A DNA stretch of 64,000 nucleotides from Isoptericola sp. (lineage in GTDB: Bacteria; Actinomycetota; Actinomycetes; Actinomycetales; Cellulomonadaceae): contig JAPSLQ010000002.1 in NCBI GenBank assembly GCA_031180595.1, positions 1,929 to 65,928 of the forward strand, given 5' to 3'. Shown here one piece after another: positions 44,864-53,615 of this stretch. How positions within the stretch are numbered: the first letter of the stretch is position 1; the number at the start of each line of letters is the position of its first letter. The translations under genes were made by a program, and so were the position numbers. Below the pieces are notes generated by a model, which was not told the origin of the DNA, did not search any database, and saw only the letters and a list, made by a program, of their open reading frames with translations.

Positions 44864-46321
44864 GTGGCGACCGACCTGACCAGGATCATCAAGGCGTACG
44901 ACGTGCGCGGCACCGTCCCGGACGAGCTGTCGCCGGAGGTGGCCGAGGCGATCGGGACCGCGTTCGCGCGCCTGGTGGTGCTCCCCGAGGGCGCGACGTC
45001 CGTCGTCGTGGGCCGGGACATGCGTGAGTCGGGTCCCTCGCTGGTCGAGGCGTTCGCGGCCGGGGTGACGGCCGCCGGTGTCGACGTCGTCGACGTCGGG
45101 CTGTGCTCGACCGACGGGCTGTACTTCGCCTCGGGGCGGCTCGACGCCCCGGGGGCGATGTTCACCGCCTCCCACAACCCCGCGGCGTACAACGGGATCA
45201 AGCTGTGCCGCGCCGGGGCCAGGCCCGTCGGGCAGGACACGGGGCTGGCCCAGGTGCGGGACCTCGCGCAGGCCATCCTCGACGGCCGTGCCGTCCCCGA
45301 GCACGCCGCCGCTCCGGCAGCCACGTCGGGCACGGTGCGGGGCGTGGTGAGCGAGCGGGACCTGCTCGCCGACTACGCCACCTTCCTGCGCGGGCTCGTC
45401 GACCTGTCGGGGATCCGGCCGCTGAAGGTCGTGGTCGACGCCGGGAACGGCATGGGCGGCCACACCGTGCCCGCGGTGCTCGGTACCGGGGCGGGGCTGC
45501 CCGGCCTGCCGGTCGAGGTCGTGCCGCTGTACTTCGAGCTCGACGGGTCGTTCCCGAACCACGAGGCGAACCCGCTCGAGCCGGCCAACCTGCGCGACCT
45601 GCAGGCCGCCGTCGTCGAGCACGGGGCCGACGTCGGCCTGGCGTTCGACGGCGACGCCGACCGCTGCTTCGTCGTCGACGAGCGCGGGCGGCCGGTCTCG
45701 CCCTCGGCCGTGACCGCGCTCGTCGGCCTGCGCGAGGTCGCCAAGGAGCTCGCCGCGGGGCGGACCCCGACGGTGATCCACAACCTCATCACCTCACGTG
45801 CGGTGCCGGACCTGCTCGGCGGCGCCGGTGCCGTCACCGTGCGCACGCGGGTCGGCCACTCCTTCATCAAGGCGCGCATGGCCGAGCACGACGCCGTGTT
45901 CGGCGGCGAGCACTCGGCCCACTACTACTTCCGCGACTTCTGGTTCGCCGACACCGGCATGCTCGCGGCGATGCACGTCCTCGCCGCCCTCGGCGCCCAG
46001 CCGCACCCGCTCTCGGCCCTGGCCGAGATGTACGAGCCGTACGTCGCCTCGGGCGAGATCAACTCGAGCGTGACCGACCCCGGCGCGGCGGCCGACCGCG
46101 TCCGCGCCGCCTACGCCCGCGCCTACCCGGACGCCGACGTCGACGAGCTCGACGGGCTGACCGTCTCGCACTGGGACGGCCACCCGCAGTGGTGGTTCAA
46201 CCTGCGCGCGTCCAACACCGAGCCGCTGCTGCGCCTCAACGTCGAGGCCGCGGACGAGGACATCATGATCAAGGTGCGCGACGACGTCCTGTCGCTCGTG
46301 CGCGAGGAGGGTGACGCATGA
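44864..46321 (+). CDS. manB: phosphomannomutase/phosphoglucomutase
   Basis: KAYDVRG, TASHNP, FDGDADR, GGEHSAH and RASNTEP. Confidence 0.92.
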   Translation: MATDLTRIIKAYDVRGTVPDELSPEVAEAIGTAFARLVVLPEGATSVVVGRDMRESGPSLVEAFAAGVTAAGVDVVDVGLCSTDGLYFASGRLDAPGAMFTASHNPAAYNGIKLCRAGARPVGQDTGLAQVRDLAQAILDGRAVPEHAAAPAATSGTVRGVVSERDLLADYATFLRGLVDLSGIRPLKVVVDAGNGMGGHTVPAVLGTGAGLPGLPVEVVPLYFELDGSFPNHEANPLEPANLRDLQAAVVEHGADVGLAFDGDADRCFVVDERGRPVSPSAVTALVGLREVAKELAAGRTPTVIHNLITSRAVPDLLGGAGAVTVRTRVGHSFIKARMAEHDAVFGGEHSAHYYFRDFWFADTGMLAAMHVLAALGAQPHPLSALAEMYEPYVASGEINSSVTDPGAAADRVRAAYARAYPDADVDELDGLTVSHWDGHPQWWFNLRASNTEPLLRLNVEAADEDIMIKVRDDVLSLVREEGDA

Positions 46322-46515
46322 CCGGCACGAGCAACGAGATCGACCCCTGGGTCCGCAGCGTGCTGCGGTGCCCCGTCACGAGGGCCGAGCTGGTCGACGG
46401 CGTCGGCCCGGACGGTGCGCCGGAGCTGCACTCGACCGACCCCGCGCGGCCGCTGGCGTACCCGGTGCGCGACGGCGTCCCCGTGCTCCTGGCTGACGAG
46501 GCGCGCCCGCTCTAG
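46318..46515 (+). CDS. Trm112/UPF0434 family protein
   Basis: LRCPVT and YPVRDGVPVLL; ATGA coupling. Confidence 0.85.
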   Translation: MTGTSNEIDPWVRSVLRCPVTRAELVDGVGPDGAPELHSTDPARPLAYPVRDGVPVLLADEARPL

Positions 46516-46683
46516 TACGAAATTTCACCCGCTTCCGGGCCCTTCCGAGCCGTCCAGGCCGCCCCCGGCGACCGTCTGCCGTGGCATGCTTCCGTCTGCG
46601 CCAGCGGGGCCGGTCGACGGAGCGGGCTGAGGGCGCGGCGGACCCCGGTCCGCCTTCGTACCTCTCAGAGAATCGGGAAGCCC

Positions 46684-47472
46684 GTGAAGTCCTTCCTGCG
46701 CAGAATCGCGCTCATGCTCTCCGCCTCGGCCCTCGTGGTCGCAGGCCTCGCCGTCCCTGCCGACGCCGCGACCCACACGACCTACGTGTCGGACACCGGG
46801 ACGTACGGCACGAAGATCACGGCGAAGGTCACCTCGCGGGACGTCAACCTCAACACGCTCGGCGGCGTGATCCGCGTCGACGTGGCGCTCTACACGCGTG
46901 GTGACGTCGCCGTCGATCCCGACAACATCGCCATCGTGGCGGCCCGCAACGGCTACGAGTACGCGGCCGGGGACCTGGTCGAGGTGGGCGAGAACCGCTT
47001 CGTCGCGGAGTTCCAGGCAGACCCGCTCGTCACGCCGGGCGTCTACGACATCGGCGTCTGGATCACGGCCACCGGGTACGCGAGCGGCGGGACGGACTGG
47101 CTGGAGATCTACGACGAGTCGGTCACCAGCATCACTCTCAAGCGAGCCACGCAGCTGCGCGTGTCCGCGTCGCCGAACCCCGTGAGCGTGGGCAAGCCCC
47201 TGGTCGTCTCCGGGACCCTCAAGAAGCTCGGCACGGTCGACGGGTACACCGCCACCTACGTCCCTGCGGCCGGTGCTCGGGTCGGGCTGTTCTTCGACCC
47301 GGCCGGCTCCAAGCCCCAGGTCTACAAGGGCTCCGTCACCGTGAACTCGCAGGGGAAGTTCTCCAAGACCTTCACGGCCTCGGGTCCGGGCGTGTGGCGC
47401 GCCAAGTTCCCCGGGACGACGTCGACCTACCTGGCGCCGTCCGGCGCGAACGTCTCGGTCTCGACGCGCTGA
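46684..47472 (+). CDS. secreted beta-rich (Ig-like) hypothetical protein
   Basis: Sec signal peptide ending in ADA; beta-strand-rich; Lys-rich C-terminal domain (ASPNPVSVGKPLVVSGTL...WRAKFPG). Confidence 0.78.
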   Translation: MKSFLRRIALMLSASALVVAGLAVPADAATHTTYVSDTGTYGTKITAKVTSRDVNLNTLGGVIRVDVALYTRGDVAVDPDNIAIVAARNGYEYAAGDLVEVGENRFVAEFQADPLVTPGVYDIGVWITATGYASGGTDWLEIYDESVTSITLKRATQLRVSASPNPVSVGKPLVVSGTLKKLGTVDGYTATYVPAAGARVGLFFDPAGSKPQVYKGSVTVNSQGKFSKTFTASGPGVWRAKFPGTTSTYLAPSGANVSVSTR

Positions 47473-47478
47473 CGCGCC

Positions 47479-47537
47479 GGGACGACGACGGGCGGGGCGG
47501 TCGGTGCGGTGCACCGGCCGCCCCGCCGTCGTCCTCC
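47479..47537 (+). terminator. long GC-rich imperfect hairpin after the secreted-protein gene
   Basis: GACGACGGGCGGGGCGGTCGGTGC / GCACCGGCCGCCCCGCCGTCGTC arms around a GGT loop; no U-tract. Confidence 0.55.
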
Positions 47538-47656
47538 AGGCGTGCCGCGACGACGGCCCTCGGGCGGGTCGTGAGTGGCACGGCGCACGTGTAGGTTTCA
47601 GCCATCGTGGCCGTACCCGTCAGGGACGCGATTCCGGACGAAGGGTCTGTGCGCCG

Positions 47657-50482
47657 ATGACCAGTGCTCGACCGCTCGCCCGGTCGCTGGCCGACAGGCT
47701 CGCCCGGCGCCTCGGCTACGCACCCCGCGCTGAGCTCCGTGCCGCGCGGCGGGCCGCCGAGGAGGCGCGTGCGGTCGTCGAGCAGACCAGGCGGCGCGCG
47801 GATGCGGCCCGGAGCACCGCTGACGAGGCGGTCGAGGCGCAGCAGCGGCTCCGCCACGAGCTGGACGAGTCGCTGCGGTCCGCCGCGTCGTACCGCCGGG
47901 AGTGCCGGTCGACGGCCGCGGCCTACCGCCGGCTCGTGGGCTCGATCGAGGACGTCAGCCCCGAGGACGTCGCCCCGCTGCGCGACGGCTGGCCCGACCG
48001 CGACGCGGAGCGTTCCGCGCTGGCCCGCGCTCGAGGCCTCGTGGGCCGGGCGAGGCTCACCGACTCCCTGACGACCGGGGCGCGGCTCGACGAGGCCGTC
48101 GTCTCCGTCGTCCGTGTCCTGCTGGACCGGCAGGACCACGTGGCCGCGAGGGCGCTCGGGCAGTCGCTCCTGACGAGTCGGGAGACGGCGCGCGCCGGCA
48201 GGCTCGCCGAGGCGGTCGCCGCCGCGCGGTACGGGCTCGACGAGCTCGCCTGGAGCCGCTTCGCGGAGGCGGGCCTCGAGGCGGTGGCGCGGGTCGCGCC
48301 CGGCGAGTTCGCGCTGGTCGCGGCGCGCACGGACCCGGACGTGATCGACGCCGTCGCCTCGCTGGTGCTGGACGCCGACCGGCTCGACGTGGCGGGCGCC
48401 GTCGACACCCTCCGTGCGGCCGTGGTCGCCCGCCGTCCGGCGGCCGCCGACAGGCTGTACGGCGTCCTGAGCACCGCGCCCTCGGTCGGTCCCGCGCAGG
48501 CGAAGGACGTCACGCGGCTCGGCCCATGGGTCGACCGGCTGCTCGAGCCGCCGGAGGCACCGGCGGTGGAGGCCGGCGAGGTGCCGTTCGGCGTCCTCGG
48601 CTTCCGTTCGGCCGACCGCACGCGGTCGACCAGCGACCTCGGCGACTACGTCCAGACCGTGGCCGCGCTCTCGCACCTGGTCAGACGACGCGGCGTCAGC
48701 CTGACCGGCGCCGCGGACCTGGTCGACGTGACGCACGACCTGACCGCCCGGGTGCGGCCGGGCGCCGTCGTCGACGGGCCCCCGAGGCGGGTCCGGCTCG
48801 TGGAGGTCAACCGCGACGCGTCGTCGTGGGACCCGGTTCCGGAGGGGACGTGGACGCTCACGTTCGGGTGGTTCATGCAGTCGGTCTTCGACGCGGCGAC
48901 CGACTTCCCGATGAACCCGAACCTGAACCCCGTCTTCGTCGCGTTCCACGTCAACAGGCCGGAGATGCTCACCCCGGCCGCGCTGGACTACCTGCGTCGC
49001 CACGGTCCCGTCGGGTGCCGTGACTGGAGCACCGTGTACCTGCTGCTGTCGCTCGGCGTCCCGGCGTTCTTCTCCGGCTGCCTGACGACGACCGTCGACG
49101 CGCTCTTCGACGCGCGACCTGAGGTCGACGGCGACCTGCCCGCCGCCTACGTCGGGGTCCCGGCGCCTCCGGGGGCGCCGACGCTCGTGCAGAGCCACGA
49201 CGGCGTGCGCGACGCGACGCTGCCCGAGAATCTCGGCGCGGCCGTCCGGCTCCTCGAGTCGTACCGGCGCCACGGCCGCCTCGTGACCTCCCGGCTCCAC
49301 TGCTACCTGCCCGCGCGCACGATGGGCTGCGACGTCGAGCTCCGTCCGCAGCTCGCGGGCGACGTACGGTTCCCCGGGCTCGTCGGCACCACCGCCGAGG
49401 AGCTGGCCGCCATGTCGGAGCGCATCACGGGTCTGGTGCGGACCGTCCTCGACGAGATCCTGGCCGGCTCGCCGCGCGACGACGTGTACGAGGCGTGGCG
49501 TGCGGCGTGCGAGGTGCACGTGCAGGCCGCACGGGCGCGGTTCGCGGCGGACGTGCGGGTCCCGCCGTCGCCGGTGCAGGTCGACGAGGTCGTCGCGGAC
49601 GTCCGGGCCCGCGCGCGGCGACGTCCGGCGGGCGAGCGCCGCGACGGCAGCACGGTGCACGTCGTCGTCGCGCTCGACGGCAACCTCAAGGAGCATCTCC
49701 CGACCGTCCTGAGCGGAGTGGCCGACCGCACGACGCGCCCGGTCGAGGTGCACGTGCTGTGCCGGGACCACGACGACGACGACATGGCGACCACGGAGCG
49801 GCTCTTCCCGGAGCTCGCGTTCGAGTGGCTCCCGTGCGACGCGGTGGATCACGGCGAGGTGCCGGGGATGCTCTCCCACACCACGATGTCGACCCTCGAC
49901 CGGCTGCTGCTCCCGGACCTCCTGCCCGGCGTGGGACGTGTGATCTATCACGACATGGACGCCCTCGCGCTGGCGGACCTGGGACCGTTGTACGACGTCG
50001 AGCTCGACGGTGCGCCGCTCGCCGCCCGGGACGACGTCGGGCGCTACGCGACGAGCTCCGTCCGGGCCGCCTGGGTGGCGGCGCGACGCCTGCCCGACGT
50101 CGCCACGGTGGACGTGTACCTCCGCGCCGCGCTGCGGCAGCTGGACGGCGACGCGCGTGCCTTCAACGCGGGCGTCATGGTCCTGGACCTGGACCGCATG
50201 CGCACCGACCGGTTCTCCGAGCGGTTCCTGCCGTGGGTCGCCGCCTTCGGGCTGAACGACCAGCAGCTTCTCAACTGCTACGCCGGCGCGCGCCGCGCAC
50301 CGCTGGACCGTGCCTGGAACGCGTTCCCCGGGCACGAGCTGCTGCCCGACCGGCCCCGCATCGTCCACTTCGCGGGCCACCGGAAACCCTGGGAACCGGC
50401 CTACGTGCTCCTTCGCGAGGAGTGGGAGCGGGCGGGCGACCGCGCGGCGGGGCGGGCACGGCGCGTGCACGAGGCCCGGTAG
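47657..50482 (+). CDS. multidomain protein: coiled-coil/helical region + pyruvyltransferase-like domain + GT8 domain
   Basis: DLGDYVQT, PVGCRD, FSGCLT and VTSRLHCYLP in the middle; RLLLPDLL, YHDMD, FNAGVMVLDL, NDQQLLN and HFAGHRKPW at the C-terminus. Confidence 0.78.
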   Translation: MTSARPLARSLADRLARRLGYAPRAELRAARRAAEEARAVVEQTRRRADAARSTADEAVEAQQRLRHELDESLRSAASYRRECRSTAAAYRRLVGSIEDVSPEDVAPLRDGWPDRDAERSALARARGLVGRARLTDSLTTGARLDEAVVSVVRVLLDRQDHVAARALGQSLLTSRETARAGRLAEAVAAARYGLDELAWSRFAEAGLEAVARVAPGEFALVAARTDPDVIDAVASLVLDADRLDVAGAVDTLRAAVVARRPAAADRLYGVLSTAPSVGPAQAKDVTRLGPWVDRLLEPPEAPAVEAGEVPFGVLGFRSADRTRSTSDLGDYVQTVAALSHLVRRRGVSLTGAADLVDVTHDLTARVRPGAVVDGPPRRVRLVEVNRDASSWDPVPEGTWTLTFGWFMQSVFDAATDFPMNPNLNPVFVAFHVNRPEMLTPAALDYLRRHGPVGCRDWSTVYLLLSLGVPAFFSGCLTTTVDALFDARPEVDGDLPAAYVGVPAPPGAPTLVQSHDGVRDATLPENLGAAVRLLESYRRHGRLVTSRLHCYLPARTMGCDVELRPQLAGDVRFPGLVGTTAEELAAMSERITGLVRTVLDEILAGSPRDDVYEAWRAACEVHVQAARARFAADVRVPPSPVQVDEVVADVRARARRRPAGERRDGSTVHVVVALDGNLKEHLPTVLSGVADRTTRPVEVHVLCRDHDDDDMATTERLFPELAFEWLPCDAVDHGEVPGMLSHTTMSTLDRLLLPDLLPGVGRVIYHDMDALALADLGPLYDVELDGAPLAARDDVGRYATSSVRAAWVAARRLPDVATVDVYLRAALRQLDGDARAFNAGVMVLDLDRMRTDRFSERFLPWVAAFGLNDQQLLNCYAGARRAPLDRAWNAFPGHELLPDRPRIVHFAGHRKPWEPAYVLLREEWERAGDRAAGRARRVHEAR

Positions 50483-50555
50483 AATCCCTCCCCGACCCGT
50501 GCTGCGCGACCTCGTGCCGCGGCCGGACCGCCGAACAGATGGGTATCTCGACCTC

Positions 50556-51497
50556 GTGACCGTTCCTGCCGCTGCAACCGCCGTCGGGCCTGCCGACGAC
50601 CGGGCGCGCCCGGTCACGTCGGGTGACCTGGCCGAGATCGCCGCCGCCCACGGCCTGGCCGAGGTGGGTATCCGGCCGCGCCTCGGCACGTACCTGCGCG
50701 ACCTGTGGTCGCGACGCGAGTTCATCGGCGTGCTCGCGACGTCGAAGGCGTACGCGAAGAACCAGGGCTCGTACCTCGGCCAGCTGTGGACGGCGGTCAA
50801 CCCGACGCTGAACGCCCTGATCTACACGGCGATCTTCGGGTTCATGCTCGGCACCCGACGCGGGCTGGAGAACGTCGTCGCGTTCATCATCGTCGGCGTG
50901 TTCACGTTCCGGCTGACGGAGCAGTCCATCAGCGCCGGCGCACGCGCGATCGACGGCAACATCACCCTGGTGCGGTCGCTGCAGTTCCCCCGCGCGGTGC
51001 TGCCGCTGTCCGTGACCCTCACGGGGCTGGCCCTCTTCGTCCCGACCGCGGTCGTGATGCTCGCGTTCAGCTTCGGCGCGGGCTTCCTCCCGGGCATGGG
51101 TTCGGTCCCCGTCACCTGGACCTGGCTCCTGGTGCCGTTGGCCGTGGCCCTGCTCACCGTGTTCAACACGGGTGTCGCCCTCTTCATGGCACGTCTGGCC
51201 TCCGGCGCGCCGGACCTGGTCAACGTGCTCCCGTTCGTCACACGCCTGGTGATGTACGGCTCGGGGGTGCTGTTCTCGATCGAGCACTACGTGGCGCGGC
51301 CGACGTGGCTCCTGGCCATCCTCGAGCACCAGCCCGTGGCGGTGTACCTCCGCCTCGTCCGCATGTGCCTGCTCGACGAACCGTCGATCCCGTTCGACGG
51401 GACGGTCTGGCTCTGGGCGGCCGGCTGGGCGCTCGTCGCCCTGGTCGTGGGGTTCGTCTTCTTCTGGCGTGCCGAGGAGAGGTACGGGCGTGACTGA
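50556..51497 (+). CDS. ABC-2 glycan export permease (Wzm/TagG-like)
   Basis: SYLGQLW..NP and LQFPRAVLP motifs with about 6 TM helices. Confidence 0.87.
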   Translation: MTVPAAATAVGPADDRARPVTSGDLAEIAAAHGLAEVGIRPRLGTYLRDLWSRREFIGVLATSKAYAKNQGSYLGQLWTAVNPTLNALIYTAIFGFMLGTRRGLENVVAFIIVGVFTFRLTEQSISAGARAIDGNITLVRSLQFPRAVLPLSVTLTGLALFVPTAVVMLAFSFGAGFLPGMGSVPVTWTWLLVPLAVALLTVFNTGVALFMARLASGAPDLVNVLPFVTRLVMYGSGVLFSIEHYVARPTWLLAILEHQPVAVYLRLVRMCLLDEPSIPFDGTVWLWAAGWALVALVVGFVFFWRAEERYGRD

Positions 51498-52452
51498 CGA
51501 GATCGACTTCGAGGTCGACCCCGAAGACCTGCCGAGCCGTGCCGCGGAGAGCCTCCGCGGATCGCCCTCCGTCGTGGTGGACGATCTTCACGTGACGTAC
51601 AAGGTCGTCGGGGGCAAGCCGGCGCCGTCGGCTCCTCGGCGGGGCTGGATGTCGCGGCTGCGACCGGGCGGTGGCGGCCCGGTGGGTGCCGTCAGCGAGG
51701 TCCCGGCCGTCCGGGGCGTGTCGTTCGTGGCCCACCACGGCGAGTCCGTCGGGATCGTCGGGACCAACGGCTCCGGCAAGAGCACCCTGCTGCGTGCGGT
51801 GGCGGGCCTCATCCCGCCGACGAGCGGCCGGGTCTTCCACTCCGGCCAGGCGGCGCTGCTGGGCGTCAACGCCGCCCTCATGCGCGGCCTCTCCGGCGAG
51901 CGCAACATCATGATCGGCGGTCTCGCGCTCGGGCTCAGCTCCAAGGAGATCCGCGAGCGGATGCCGGAGATCGTCGACTTCGCCGGGCTCGGCGACTTCG
52001 TCTACCTGCCCATGTCCGCCTACTCCTCCGGGATGGCGGCCCGGCTCCGGTTCGCGATCTCGACGATGGCCCGACCCGACGTCCTCATGATCGACGAGGC
52101 GCTGGCCACGGGCGACGCCGCCTTCCGGCAGAAGAGCAAGCAGCGGATCGACGACATCCGCGAGCACGCCGGCACGGTGTTCTTCGTGAGCCACTCGCTG
52201 GCCTCGGTGGGTGCGATGTGCACCAGGATCATCTGGCTCGACAAGGGGCAGATCCGCATGGACGGTTCGGTCGACGAGGTCTCCGAGGCCTACCGTGCCC
52301 ACCTGCGTTCCGCGAGCGCGTCCGGCCCGGCCGGCGCGGTCCTCGGGCAGTCGAAGAAGCCGGCTCCGAAGAAGCCGGCCCCGAAGCGCGGCGCGAAGCC
52401 CGCCGCGGCGCCGTCGAAGGGGACCGCGCCGTCGAAGGGGACCGCGACGTGA
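51490..52452 (+). CDS. glycan ABC exporter ATPase (Wzt/TagH-like) with Lys/Pro/Ala tail
   Basis: GTNGSGKST, YSSGM, LMIDEALATGD and VSH. Confidence 0.9.
   Translation: MTDEIDFEVDPEDLPSRAAESLRGSPSVVVDDLHVTYKVVGGKPAPSAPRRGWMSRLRPGGGGPVGAVSEVPAVRGVSFVAHHGESVGIVGTNGSGKSTLLRAVAGLIPPTSGRVFHSGQAALLGVNAALMRGLSGERNIMIGGLALGLSSKEIRERMPEIVDFAGLGDFVYLPMSAYSSGMAARLRFAISTMARPDVLMIDEALATGDAAFRQKSKQRIDDIREHAGTVFFVSHSLASVGAMCTRIIWLDKGQIRMDGSVDEVSEAYRAHLRSASASGPAGAVLGQSKKPAPKKPAPKRGAKPAAAPSKGTAPSKGTAT
52354..52446 (+). repeat. short intragenic tandem repeats (15 bp x2; 18 bp x2)
   Basis: AAGAAGCCGGCYCCG at 52354 and 52369; GCGCCGTCGAAGGGGACC at 52408 and 52426. Confidence 0.8.
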
Positions 52453-53552
52453 CGGCGACCTTGCAGGCGGGACATCTCGGTCGGCTAGCATCCAGCGTCG
52501 TGCTCCCACCACTTCCGTCCGACTCGCCGCCGGTCTCGGTGTTCCTCACCGTCCGGAACGAGGAGCGCCACCTCCCGGACGCGGTCGCGAGCATCCTCGC
52601 GCAGGACTACCGGGGGGAGCTCGAGGTCGTGATCGCGGTGGGTCCGTCCAAGGACCGCACGGCCGAGGTGGCGCACGAGCTCGCGCGCCGCGAGCCGCGC
52701 GTGACCGTCGTGGAGAACCCCACGGGGTACACGCCGGCGGGTCTCAACCTGGCTGTCGGTGCCGCGCGGCACGACGTGCTCGTGCGCGTGGACGGGCACA
52801 GCTACCTTCCCGCGTCCTACGTCTCGCGGGTCGTGGAGTCGCTCCGGCGGTCCGGCGCCGCCAACGTCGGCGGGCAGATGGTGCCCGAGGGGCGCACGTT
52901 CTTCGAGAAGGCCGTCGCCCACGCCATGAGCTCCCGGATCGGCATCGGCTCGGTCGCGTTCCACACCGGTGGGGCCGAGGGTCCTGTCGACTCGGTCTAC
53001 CTCGGTTCGTTCCGCCGGGAGGCGCTCGAGGCGGTCGGGGGCTTCGACGAGGCGTTCCTGCGGGCGCAGGACTGGGAGCTGAACTTCCGGCTCCGGCAGG
53101 CGGGCTTCCAGGTGTGGTTCGACCCCGCGCTCCGCGTGGGGTACCGGCCGCGGGGCACCTGGAAGGCGCTGCGTCTGCAGTTCTTCCGCTCGGGCCGGTG
53201 GCGGCGCTACGTCACCCAGCACCACGGTGTCTCGGCCGGGCTCCGCTACCTCGCCGCGCCGGGTGCCGTCGTCGCGATGGTCCTCGGGGTCGTGGCGGCC
53301 CTGGCCGGGGTGGCGCTCGGGGAGCCGGGCTGGCTCGCCGGGCTGGCGGTGCCCGCCGGCTACCTGGCCTTCACCCTGCTCGGGGCGCTCGTCGCCGGCC
53401 GCAGCCTCCCGGTCCGGGCTCGGCTGATCCTCCCCGGCGTCCTCGCCACGATGCACATCGCGTGGGGGCTCGGCTTCCTCCGCGGGAGCGAGAAGCACGC
53501 CGACGTCCCAGCCCCGCTCGGTTCGCCGCCGAGGCAGTCCGCTACGCTTTGA
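52449..53552 (+). CDS. GT2 glycosyltransferase (ExoA-like) with C-terminal TM helices
   Basis: VRNEE, RVDGH, VYLGSFRR, RAQDWELN and YRPR. Start may instead be GTG 52500 (TAGCAT upstream). Confidence 0.85.
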   Translation: MTATLQAGHLGRLASSVVLPPLPSDSPPVSVFLTVRNEERHLPDAVASILAQDYRGELEVVIAVGPSKDRTAEVAHELARREPRVTVVENPTGYTPAGLNLAVGAARHDVLVRVDGHSYLPASYVSRVVESLRRSGAANVGGQMVPEGRTFFEKAVAHAMSSRIGIGSVAFHTGGAEGPVDSVYLGSFRREALEAVGGFDEAFLRAQDWELNFRLRQAGFQVWFDPALRVGYRPRGTWKALRLQFFRSGRWRRYVTQHHGVSAGLRYLAAPGAVVAMVLGVVAALAGVALGEPGWLAGLAVPAGYLAFTLLGALVAGRSLPVRARLILPGVLATMHIAWGLGFLRGSEKHADVPAPLGSPPRQSATL

Positions 53553-53615
53553 CGGGCCTTCACGGGTCGCAGAGCAGGCCGGTCCTGGTCCTGTCCACAC
53601 TCCTCGGAAAGCAGC

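Noticed and set aside
46590-46683. Possible riboswitch (e.g. c-di-AMP) in the leader of the secreted protein
   Set aside because: Only a short hairpin is visible and no family consensus was recognised; an Rfam/Infernal scan would be needed.
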